Source: a bacterium
GTDB taxonomy: Bacteria > Lindowbacteria > 2-12-FULL-62-27
Direction of reading: 5' to 3'
DNA length: 64,000 bases
Assembly (NCBI GenBank): GCA_016202645.1
Contig: JACQOF010000003.1
Span: 27,375-91,374 of the forward strand
Shown here in pieces: positions 27,164 to 35,575 of the stretch (position 1 is its first letter; each line of letters begins with the position of its first letter). The notes below the pieces were generated by a model, which had not been told where the DNA came from, did not search any database, and was given only the letters and a program-made list of their open reading frames with translations. The position numbers and the translations under genes are program-made.

Positions 27164-28333
27164 ATGAAGTTCTCCCGGGTTTTTCTGATTGTTCTGGACG
27201 GCGTCGGCTGCGGCGAGGCCCCGGACACCGCCGCGTTTGGCGATTCGGGATCGGATACGCTCGGCAACATCGCACGGGCGGTCGGCGGGGTGTCGCTTCC
27301 GACGCTGGAAGCCATGGGACTTGGACGGGTCGGATCCATTCAGGGCGTGAACCCGGCCCGGGCGCGAGCCGGGGCCTACGGCGTGATGATCGAAAAATCC
27401 TCCAACAAGGACACCACGAGCGGCCACTGGGAGATGGCGGGGGTGGTGGTCAAGGATGCCTTTCCGACGTATCCGCGCGGGTTTCCGCCGGAGATCATCG
27501 ACGCATTCGAGAAGGAGATCGACCGGAAGGTCCTGGGGAACAAGGCCGCGTCCGGAACGGACATCATCAAGGAACTCGGCGGGGAACACGTGCGGACGGG
27601 CCGGCCGATCGTGTACACGTCCGCCGACAGCGTATTCCAGATTGCCGCGCATGAGGATGTCATTCCATTGGAGGAATTGTACTCGATCTGCAAAACCGCC
27701 CGGCGCATTCTCCAGGGCAGGCACCGGGTGGGCCGTGTCATTGCCCGGCCATTCACCGGCCCGGCCGGACAGTTCAAGAGGACGCCGCACCGGCATGATT
27801 ATTCCATTGAACCGCCAGAGCCCACTCTGCTGGACCGCCTGAAGGCCGCGCGGATCGACTCGCTGAGCATCGGAAAAATCAGCGACATTTTCGCCGGGCG
27901 GGGAATTACCGGCCACTATGGGATGGAGACCAACGCGGAAGGAATGAAGCAGCTGGCCGATCTGGCCGACGGAAAATTCCGGGGGCTCGCATTTCTCAAC
28001 CTCGTCGATTTCGACATGCTCTACGGCCATCGGAACGATGTTCAGGGGTTTGCGGCGTCGCTGAAGGAGTTCGACACGGCCCTCGGCGGCTTTCTCAAAA
28101 AAATGAAACCAACCGACCTCGCGATCCTGACCGCCGACCACGGAAACGATCCGACCACGCCTTCCACCGACCACTCCCGGGAACTGGTCCCGCTGCTCGC
28201 CTGGCATTCGGGCATGACGCGTCTCGTCGATCTGGGCCGCCGCCAGGGATTCTGGGACATCGGGCAGACCGTTGCGGAGAATTTCGGAGTGGAAGGCTGG
28301 AGCGGCGCGGCGAGTTTTCTGGCCGAACTCTAA
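27164..28333 (+). CDS. deoB: phosphopentomutase
   Basis: IVLDGVG.G..PD, KDTTSGHWE, YTSADSVFQIAAHE, GHRND and TADHGNDP. Confidence 0.97.
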   Translation: MKFSRVFLIVLDGVGCGEAPDTAAFGDSGSDTLGNIARAVGGVSLPTLEAMGLGRVGSIQGVNPARARAGAYGVMIEKSSNKDTTSGHWEMAGVVVKDAFPTYPRGFPPEIIDAFEKEIDRKVLGNKAASGTDIIKELGGEHVRTGRPIVYTSADSVFQIAAHEDVIPLEELYSICKTARRILQGRHRVGRVIARPFTGPAGQFKRTPHRHDYSIEPPEPTLLDRLKAARIDSLSIGKISDIFAGRGITGHYGMETNAEGMKQLADLADGKFRGLAFLNLVDFDMLYGHRNDVQGFAASLKEFDTALGGFLKKMKPTDLAILTADHGNDPTTPSTDHSRELVPLLAWHSGMTRLVDLGRRQGFWDIGQTVAENFGVEGWSGAASFLAEL

Positions 28334-28407
28334 AAAAAAAGTTGCAGGTTTTAGTTTCGCCTGGGATTCGTTTTCGCGTTCCCGGCGGAACCTGAAAACC
28401 TGCAACT
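28332..28407 (-). terminator. long hairpin followed by a U9 tract on the minus strand
   Basis: 13-bp perfect arms AGTTGCAGGTTTT/AAAACCTGCAACT plus inner pairing; A9 at 28332-28340; lies between convergent genes. Confidence 0.55.
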
Positions 28408-28475
28408 CGACTTAGCAAGGGAGCCCGGATCAAAGGGCGCGCCCTTTAAGACGATGGTGCGTGGGGATAAAAGTC

Positions 28476-28631
28476 CTACACGTACGTGTCTACGAGGGTG
28501 CCGCTCCCACTGTCCTGGCTCGGCTCAACCTTGATCGACCCGGGGTCCGGCAACGCGCTTGGATTCATCTGCTGCGCGAATGCGTAGTACCTCTGGCTGA
28601 TGTCGGAGAGCGTCACGTTTTGGATATTCAT
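28476..28631 (-). CDS. 51-aa small protein not in the ORF track
   Basis: AGGTGG SD 6 nt before ATG; MNIQNVTLSDISQRYYAFAQQMNPSALPDPGSIKVEPSQDSGSGTLVDTYV*. Confidence 0.55.
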   Translation of the reverse strand: MNIQNVTLSDISQRYYAFAQQMNPSALPDPGSIKVEPSQDSGSGTLVDTYV

Positions 28632-28641
28632 GGGACGCCAC

Positions 28642-29112
28642 CTATATCACTAGGGACACCGAAACTGGTGCCTTCGTAGATGCGGATCCCGAAACCGGGA
28701 TCGCGCCTGTCGGGGAAAACGAATAAGATGAAGATGAGTAATGGGCGCCCGCGCTTCCCCCGGGTTGGTTACCGGAGGAAGCGACGGGCGACGCTATGGA
28801 ATAATGCCCCGACAGGGGATAAGCAGTAATAAGGCCTGCTTCTTGATCTGTTGAGTTTCCGCGCGCCGGTGGCGCAGGCGGGGCGTACGAATCGGCCGTG
28901 GCCTTCAAGCGTCGGGCGTGATCGTCAATATAGTCCAGGACGACATCCGCGGAGTTTGGAGCCAGGCGGCGAAGCATGTCCACCGTCGGCTGGGCGCCGT
29001 GTCCCAGGGGCATGTCAGACGGGGTTCCCGGGTGGACGATCGACGGAGATTGTGTTTGAATGGGGTCTGTGATGACTGAAACGTCCATGTCTTTGATCCT
29101 TTCCCTGATCAC
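28642..29112 (-). CDS. hypothetical Ser/Pro-rich protein
   Basis: GGAGG SD 6 nt before GTG; fills the gap between deoB and asnB; no family recognised. Confidence 0.5.
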   Translation of the reverse strand: MIRERIKDMDVSVITDPIQTQSPSIVHPGTPSDMPLGHGAQPTVDMLRRLAPNSADVVLDYIDDHARRLKATADSYAPPAPPARGNSTDQEAGLITAYPLSGHYSIASPVASSGNQPGGSAGAHYSSSSYSFSPTGAIPVSGSASTKAPVSVSLVI

Positions 29113-29234
29113 TTTCCGCCTCCATGGCTTGTCGGAATCCCTTCCTTACTCAACAGGTCGGTATGCGGCGATGGAAAGGTTAGTCAAAGCTGGGGGTTTT
29201 TTGAAAATATCCTTCTCAAGCGCAGGTTGACATA

Positions 29235-31118
29235 ATGTGCGGGATCGCCGGCTGGCTGTGGAATCAACCTCCTTCCGACCCCAAATTGACTCTCTCCCGG
29301 ATGGCCGACCGGATCGTCCACCGCGGTCCCGACGCCGGCGGATTTTATGTGGATGCCAAAGCGGGCCTGGCTCACCGGCGGCTCTCCATCATCGACCTCA
29401 ACACCGGCGATCAGCCGATGGCCAACGCCGACAAGACCATCCATGTTGTCTTCAACGGGGAGATCTACAATTTCCTGGATATCCGAAAAGACCTTCAAGC
29501 ACGCGGCCACCGGCTGGCGACACGCTCGGACACGGAAGTCCTCCTCTACCTCTGGCAGGATTACGGTCCCCGGATGCTGGAGCATCTCCGGGGGATGTTC
29601 GCCTTCGCGATCTGGGACACCCGGTCGGAGACGTTGTTTCTGGCCCGGGACCGGTTGGGCGTCAAGCCCCTGCTCTACGCCGAAACGCCGTCCGGTCTTT
29701 TCTTCGCGTCGGAACTCCAGGCTCTCCTCGCCGCGCCGGATGTCTCTCCCGTTCTGGATATCGAATCTCTCGACCTCTACCTGAGTCTTCAGTATGTTCC
29801 CGCGCCCCGCACCATCTACACGTCCATTCGGAAACTTCCGCCCGGACACTTCCTCATCGCCCGGAAAGGCCGCGTCGAGAGGATCGAGCGATACTGGGAC
29901 GTAACGCCTGCGCCGCGGAAGTGGGACCGGCGCGAGGCGGTGGAGACCCTGCGGGAGAAAGTTCAGGAGGCGGTGCGGATCCGGATGATTTCGGATGTTC
30001 CGCTCGGCGCGTTTCTCTCCGGCGGAATCGATTCGTCAATCACGGTGGGCCTGATGTCCCGCTGTGCGGACCAGCCGGTCAAAACATTTTCAATCGGGTT
30101 TGAAGAATCCGATTATTCGGAACTTGCCCACGCCCGGCGCGTCGCGGAATTTCACGCCACCGATCACCGGGAATTCGTCGTCCGGCCAGACGCGATCGAG
30201 CTTCTTCCCACCCTCGTCCGGCACTACGGCGAACCCTACGCCGACAGTTCCGCCATCCCGACGTATTACCTGTGCCGGGAGACCCGGCGGCACGTCACGG
30301 TGGCGCTGTCCGGTGACGGCGGAGACGAAGGGTTTCTCGGATACAACCGGTACCTCGCGATGCGCGTGGCGCCGGCATTGGGGAAAATCCCGGCGTCTCT
30401 GCGAAATCTGTCCATGGCGCTCCTGCGCCCTCTTCGAAAAAATAAAATCGCCAGGCAGGCCGCGCGCCTCCTCGACATGAGCGGACGCGGCACAGATCTG
30501 GCGATGTACCTCGACGCGGTTTCTCATTTCTCGGAAGCCGACAAGGCCGGCCTCTACACGGCCAATCACCGGCGGCGGATGACGGAGCGGGAGGGAGGTT
30601 TGGCCGAGTCGTACCTTCGGTCGGCATTCCGGACGGACGTGCCGCTCGTTCAGGCCCTTTCATATTTGGATCTTCAGACCTACCTGCCGGAGGACATTTT
30701 GGTGAAAGTCGACATCGCGTCGATGGCAAATTCACTGGAGACCCGGTCGGCGTTTCTTGATCAGGACGTGATCCAATTCGCGATGTCCCTGCCGCCGGAA
30801 CTGAAAATGCCGGGGTGGAGAAAAAAAGATCTTTTGAAAAACGCGTTCTCGGACCTTTTCCCGCCAGGCCTCCTGCGCCGCGGCAAAATGGGATTCGGCG
30901 TGCCGCTCGAACACTGGTTCAGAAAGGAACTCAAGTCATTCGCAGAGGAAGCCCTGGACCGGCCCCCGGAACCTCTCCGCACGCTCTTTCAGCCGGACGC
31001 CGCACGGAACCTCCTGCGGGACCACATCGAAGGCCGAAGAAAAAACGACCAGCGCCTCTGGAACCTGCTGTTTCTTTATACGTGGGCAAGACTTTTTCCG
31101 ATCTCCGATATTCGTTAG
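29235..31118 (+). CDS. asnB: asparagine synthase (glutamine-hydrolysing) family amidotransferase
   Basis: MCGIAG, HRGPD, NGEIYN, RDRLGVKPL, LSGGIDSS and SGDGGDE. Confidence 0.95.
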   Translation: MCGIAGWLWNQPPSDPKLTLSRMADRIVHRGPDAGGFYVDAKAGLAHRRLSIIDLNTGDQPMANADKTIHVVFNGEIYNFLDIRKDLQARGHRLATRSDTEVLLYLWQDYGPRMLEHLRGMFAFAIWDTRSETLFLARDRLGVKPLLYAETPSGLFFASELQALLAAPDVSPVLDIESLDLYLSLQYVPAPRTIYTSIRKLPPGHFLIARKGRVERIERYWDVTPAPRKWDRREAVETLREKVQEAVRIRMISDVPLGAFLSGGIDSSITVGLMSRCADQPVKTFSIGFEESDYSELAHARRVAEFHATDHREFVVRPDAIELLPTLVRHYGEPYADSSAIPTYYLCRETRRHVTVALSGDGGDEGFLGYNRYLAMRVAPALGKIPASLRNLSMALLRPLRKNKIARQAARLLDMSGRGTDLAMYLDAVSHFSEADKAGLYTANHRRRMTEREGGLAESYLRSAFRTDVPLVQALSYLDLQTYLPEDILVKVDIASMANSLETRSAFLDQDVIQFAMSLPPELKMPGWRKKDLLKNAFSDLFPPGLLRRGKMGFGVPLEHWFRKELKSFAEEALDRPPEPLRTLFQPDAARNLLRDHIEGRRKNDQRLWNLLFLYTWARLFPISDIR

Positions 31119-31138
31119 CTGATAGCTGCAGTCCTCGC

Positions 31139-31169
31139 CGTCATTCCCGCGAAAGCGGGAATCCAGTCT
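31139..31169. repeat. second copy of the REP-like palindrome
   Basis: CGTCATTCCCGCGAAAGCGGGAATCCAGTCT, identical to 27049-27079; lies between convergent genes. Confidence 0.85.
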
Positions 31170-31180
31170 GAAGGCCTTCC

Positions 31181-33898
31181 CTACCGAAGTAATTCCGTCG
31201 TCGCCGCCAGCCGCCGGCTGAGGATGGCCGAGAGGTTGTGCAGAACGCGCGTGGCCAGGCGCGGATACCGGCGCTCCATCCGCTCGAGGGCTTCGTAGCC
31301 GAACGCGAAAACCGTCGTCTCCTCGTTCACGAGAACGTCCGCGCTACGGGGATGCTCACTGATCAGGCCCATTTCGCCGACGGTCTCGCCCCGGCCGAGG
31401 CGGGTGACGACGCGGCCGGATTTGAGGATGGAAACCGACCCGTCAAGAATCACGAACATTTCGTCGCCGAGAGAGCCTTCCTGCATGAGGGGCCAGTTTT
31501 CGGGTATAGTCATCATCCGACCGAGGGACACGATCTTTTTGATCTGGGATTCTGAAAGATTTAAAAATAGCGGGATGCCGCGCGTGACGTCGGATTTGAA
31601 CTTGATCTGCCACCATTCCCAGATGCCGACCAGGGGGATCCAGCCGAGGAGGCCGGGCATCATGACGAAGTCGTCGAAGCAGGCCATGATCATGGCGATG
31701 ACCATGAAAAACCCGAAGAGCCGCACCGGCTCGAATTCGGAAAACAAAAGGACCGAAAATCCGACCGCCAGCGCCGCGTTCGTGTAAAGCATCGCCCGGC
31801 CCACCCCGCTGACGACTTCCCGCACCGCCAGCCGCCCCTGCGGCCGCGCGCGGATGTTCCGCATATAGTGAACGATGAAATGGACGGTGTCGTCGACGGC
31901 GATGCCGAGCGCGACAGACGCCAAGAGCGCCGTGGCGATGTCGATGCGGATGCCGAGATAACCCATGACGCCCAGCACCGCGGTGATCGGCGCGATGTTC
32001 GGGATCATCGCCAGGAAACCGACTTTGGCCGCGCCGAAACAGACCCACATCACCAGAAAAATGCCGAGCGCGGTCCCGAGAAATCCCTGGATCTGGCCCT
32101 TCAGAATCGCCTGATTGGCCCGGCAGGCCATGTAGAGGTCCCCGGTGACGTAGCCCTTGAGGTCCTCGGGCCAGTTTTCCCGGATGTAGGCGTTGAGACG
32201 GTCGGCCAGCGCGAGGATCTCCGGCGAGCTGACGTTTTCCACGCGGATCTCGATCCGTGAGCGGTCGTAATCGTAGTTGACGAAACGGTCAAAATGCGAC
32301 GGGTCGTCTCCGACCGTGGCCACCAGGAGAAGCTGTGAAATCTCAAGATGGTCGTCCGGAATTTTTTCGAGGGCCGGGTCGCCCGAATGCACCGCGCGGT
32401 TCAGGCGCTTGACGGTGTCGACGAAGGAGAAGGTTTTCAGGACGTACGGCTGGTCCGCAGCGAAGGCCTGCAGGGATTCGATGGCTCTGAGGGTTTCCGG
32501 ATTTTTCATCGACGCGGGCGAGCCGCCCTCCGCCACCACCGACAGGGACAGCGCCCCGCCGAGGTGTTTTTCGAGCATCTGAAATCCGAGACGCACCGGC
32601 GCGTCTTCCTTGAAAAATTGTTTGGGGTCATTTTCCACACGCAAGGACAGGAGCCCCAGAGAAAGAATCAGGGTCAGGCCGAATGTGAACACGAGGGTCC
32701 GGCCTTTGTTCCTGTAAAACATCTGGGAATACTCGGCGATGGACTTCATCCAGCCGCTCGTCCGCGACGGCGTGACGGTTCCCACGCGGACCCGGAACGC
32801 CAGGAGCGGGAGCGATGTGAACAGGCAGACCGAGGTGCAGAAAAGTCCCAGGGAGGAAAAAAATCCGAACTGGCGGATGGCCGGGATGTCGGTCAGACAG
32901 AGAGACGCCATCCCGATCATCGTCGTGAACTGCGCCAGGACCAGCGGGAAAAACGTGTCGGCGGCGGCGTTTTCACAGATCGTCACCGGGTCCTCCTCGC
33001 AGTCCCCATAGAACGACAACCGGGTCAGAAATTGCAGGGAGTAAGTGGTGCTGAGCGTCATGAGGACGGTCGGCAAAATGACGTCGATGGGCGTCAGGGA
33101 CCGGCCAAGCCATCCGATCACGCCGAACATCCAGACCAGGGACATGAGCATGAGTCCGAGCGGGAGCAGAACGCCGGCGGCAGTCCGGAATATCCAGAAC
33201 AGAAAAATTCCAATGACAAGGGCGGTGAGGGGAAGAAGACGTTTCATTTCCCGAAGCATGGCCTGGTGGAGCTCGACGGTCTGGAGGTGCCCGCCGGCGA
33301 AGTGGACCGGGACCTTCGGCGCTTCCAGTTTGAAGACGTCCTTGAACCGCTTCGTCAGATAGTCGAGCTGGACCGCGCGGATGTGCGGCCAGGTCCGGAC
33401 GATCACCGCCGCGTAGCGGCCGTCGGCGGAAATCAGATGGTTGACGAAATGGCGGTCGTCCAAAACAGCCTGCCGCAGACGCGACGCCTCCTCATCTGTT
33501 CCAGGCGGCCGCGAGCCGATCCGGTAGGCCTCGAGTGTCCTGCCCGAACCCCTGTACATCGGTTCGTGGGTCAGGCTGGTGACCCGTTTGGTTCCCGGCA
33601 GGCGCTCGACGGCGGTGGAAACTTTCGACAAGATTGCGAGGTTCTCGGGGGTGAAGACGTCGTCAAACTCGAGCAGAGCGATGAGAAACCGGTCGTCCCC
33701 GAATTCCTGGACATTCTGCCGGTACTTCAGAAGTTCCGGGTTCTGGGTCTCGATGAAGAGGTCGTCCGAGGTGTCGACTTGAAGGTTCGGATACGTCAGA
33801 TGCCAGAGGCCGCCACCGAGCGCGGCCGTGATCAGGACCATCAGGAAAGAGACCTTGCCGCGGTTTCTATGCAGGAACTGGATGTATTTTCGCGTCAT
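31181..33898 (-). CDS. MMPL/RND-family transporter fused to a C-terminal cNMP-binding domain
   Basis: Two MMPL halves with GIAVDDTVH; C-terminal EGSLGDEMFVILDG.V...GETVGEMGL...PRSADV; start at MTRKY (ATGA overlap). Confidence 0.9.
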   Translation of the reverse strand: MTRKYIQFLHRNRGKVSFLMVLITAALGGGLWHLTYPNLQVDTSDDLFIETQNPELLKYRQNVQEFGDDRFLIALLEFDDVFTPENLAILSKVSTAVERLPGTKRVTSLTHEPMYRGSGRTLEAYRIGSRPPGTDEEASRLRQAVLDDRHFVNHLISADGRYAAVIVRTWPHIRAVQLDYLTKRFKDVFKLEAPKVPVHFAGGHLQTVELHQAMLREMKRLLPLTALVIGIFLFWIFRTAAGVLLPLGLMLMSLVWMFGVIGWLGRSLTPIDVILPTVLMTLSTTYSLQFLTRLSFYGDCEEDPVTICENAAADTFFPLVLAQFTTMIGMASLCLTDIPAIRQFGFFSSLGLFCTSVCLFTSLPLLAFRVRVGTVTPSRTSGWMKSIAEYSQMFYRNKGRTLVFTFGLTLILSLGLLSLRVENDPKQFFKEDAPVRLGFQMLEKHLGGALSLSVVAEGGSPASMKNPETLRAIESLQAFAADQPYVLKTFSFVDTVKRLNRAVHSGDPALEKIPDDHLEISQLLLVATVGDDPSHFDRFVNYDYDRSRIEIRVENVSSPEILALADRLNAYIRENWPEDLKGYVTGDLYMACRANQAILKGQIQGFLGTALGIFLVMWVCFGAAKVGFLAMIPNIAPITAVLGVMGYLGIRIDIATALLASVALGIAVDDTVHFIVHYMRNIRARPQGRLAVREVVSGVGRAMLYTNAALAVGFSVLLFSEFEPVRLFGFFMVIAMIMACFDDFVMMPGLLGWIPLVGIWEWWQIKFKSDVTRGIPLFLNLSESQIKKIVSLGRMMTIPENWPLMQEGSLGDEMFVILDGSVSILKSGRVVTRLGRGETVGEMGLISEHPRSADVLVNEETTVFAFGYEALERMERRYPRLATRVLHNLSAILSRRLAATTELLR

Positions 33899-34698
33899 CG
33901 CAGAGAGGTCACGTTTTCTTCGGTGAAGAAGTCCACAGGCAGGTTGCGGTTGATTTGAACATCCTCGAAAGTCATTTCCGTCCAATGGGGACGCAGGGGG
34001 CTGAAGACGGCCCGGCGGCGCGCGCGCCAGTGCCGTCCGTCCGGCCGATAAAAATCGGACCAGGTCGACGTTTTGAAGAGCCGGCCGAGCGTGTCGAAAT
34101 AATCGGCGCGCAGGAGCACCAGCCGTTCCGTGTCGACCCACAGAAGCTGGTGGTCGTAGGCCGCGCGGGACTTGATCGTCTCCGCCGTCGGCGTCACCCG
34201 GATGACCTGCGCCGGGCGGCCCTCCAGATTTTCTTCCCGGATGGTTTCAAATGCGTAGTCGTCGAGGACAAACGGCACGAAATCCTCATAGGTCAGGTCA
34301 CTGCCGAAAACGTAATCGCTTTTGCCGCTCTCGGAAAGAATCTTGGGGTTCCGGAACGCCGGCAGATAAAGCCATTGGTAATTTTCTCCGGCCGGCTGGT
34401 TGATGCTCACCAGAGTCATGCCATTGAGATCATTCGGCTCGAGAAACCTGAGAAGCACCGCGCCCATGTTGTTCTCGGGCGCGCGCTGATAGAAGGTTTT
34501 GATCCGCCACCGCTTCTGCTGGCCGTTGGGATGAATAAGCAGAAGGGACGCCACGCTCACTTCATCGGCCGGCCCCAGATTCGCGTCCACCAGCGCCATC
34601 ACATTCCGCGCGTTCGGCGCCCCGGGCAGAGTCTCCGCAGGGAGCGTTCCACACATCAGCAGGCACAGGAGTACTCCCCCCGCAAGTCGCCGGAACAT
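33895..34698 (-). CDS. outer-membrane lipoprotein-sorting (LolA-like) protein
   Basis: Signal peptide; F.EP.D..G, QWLYLPA, FGSDLTYED and DYFD..GRL.K motifs. Confidence 0.88.
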   Translation of the reverse strand: MFRRLAGGVLLCLLMCGTLPAETLPGAPNARNVMALVDANLGPADEVSVASLLLIHPNGQQKRWRIKTFYQRAPENNMGAVLLRFLEPNDLNGMTLVSINQPAGENYQWLYLPAFRNPKILSESGKSDYVFGSDLTYEDFVPFVLDDYAFETIREENLEGRPAQVIRVTPTAETIKSRAAYDHQLLWVDTERLVLLRADYFDTLGRLFKTSTWSDFYRPDGRHWRARRRAVFSPLRPHWTEMTFEDVQINRNLPVDFFTEENVTSLR

Positions 34699-35575
34699 GG
34701 CAGCACCCTACCACAAATCCCGCTCCATAGACCATCCCATCTCCCCCTGAAGGGGGGAGAGGCCATCCGCCCAAGGCGGACGGGTGAGGGGGGAAAGAAT
34801 CATCTTGTTTCCATCTTCCCCTCACAATATTTTTTGACTCGCCTTTCATTCCATGCCCCGCCTTTGAATTTTTCACGAAAACGCCGGTAAAAGAATAGGC
34901 GTAGTGGATGTTGACGGTGTGAGTCTCCCCGCCTTTGACAATCTCCTGTGTTTCCTTTTGTTTATTCTTCTTTCGAACATCGTCGCAGGCGATTTTTGAG
35001 AAGAGTTCTTCGGCCAACGCCTTGCACGCGGGGTCCGGGTGTCGCCGGGCATGATCGTGGCCCAGGATGTATTTATCAATAAATCGGAGACCGCCGGAAA
35101 ACCAAAAGATGACAATGCCCGCGATTACAAAGACCGGCGCCAGCCCTGCTTTACCGAAAAGCCTGGCCCGCGAAAAAGGATGGAAATACAGGATTGAAGA
35201 GACAGCGACAATGGCCCTGACAATCAGGAGCACAAAAACGTACGGTCCGAGCAATCTGTACACGTATCGACCAGGGCTGAGGCCGATCATGTATCCGAGC
35301 GCGACGATTGTGAAAAGGAGCGATACCAAGGTCAGGCAGGAATCAAATGTGATGAGTCGCGACGTCCATTTTGTGTCCTTCATTAATACGGCGAGAATCA
35401 GAGCGTGATAGACGGCGTAGGCCGCTGTGAAAAGATGCCATTTCGGAAAAGGAAACGCCGGATCCAGCACGGATTGGTAGACGCTCCACAGGGCGCTCGC
35501 CAGAAACCCCAGGGCAAGAAATCCGTTGAGTCCATAGATCAACCCCCTGGATGCACGGCTTTTTGGATCCATCAT
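34562..35575 (-). CDS. hypothetical membrane protein (3' end uncertain)
   Basis: About five TM helices in the N-terminal half; ATGA coupling to the upstream gene; reads through the repeat and overlaps the LolA-like gene by 137 nt. Confidence 0.6.
   Translation of the reverse strand: MMDPKSRASRGLIYGLNGFLALGFLASALWSVYQSVLDPAFPFPKWHLFTAAYAVYHALILAVLMKDTKWTSRLITFDSCLTLVSLLFTIVALGYMIGLSPGRYVYRLLGPYVFVLLIVRAIVAVSSILYFHPFSRARLFGKAGLAPVFVIAGIVIFWFSGGLRFIDKYILGHDHARRHPDPACKALAEELFSKIACDDVRKKNKQKETQEIVKGGETHTVNIHYAYSFTGVFVKNSKAGHGMKGESKNIVRGRWKQDDSFPPHPSALGGWPLPPSGGDGMVYGAGFVVGCCHVPATCGGSTPVPADVWNAPCGDSARGAERAECDGAGGRESGAGR
34737..34793. repeat. GC-rich double-hairpin short repeat (CCCCTCACCC...CTCTCCCC type)
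   Basis: Minus strand CCCCCCTCACCCGTCCGCCTTGGGCGGATGGCCTCTCCCCCCTTCAGGGGGAGATGG; single copy in the window. Confidence 0.6.

Noticed and set aside
27020..28405. Long antisense ORFs here and at 4290-5720, 32348-33958, 35950-37284 and 54376-55662
   Set aside because: Each overlaps a better-supported gene on the opposite strand and lacks recognisable motifs.
29113..29200. sigma28 promoter for the orphan ORFs (TCCGACAA on the minus strand)
   Set aside because: No TAAA -35 at the proper spacing.
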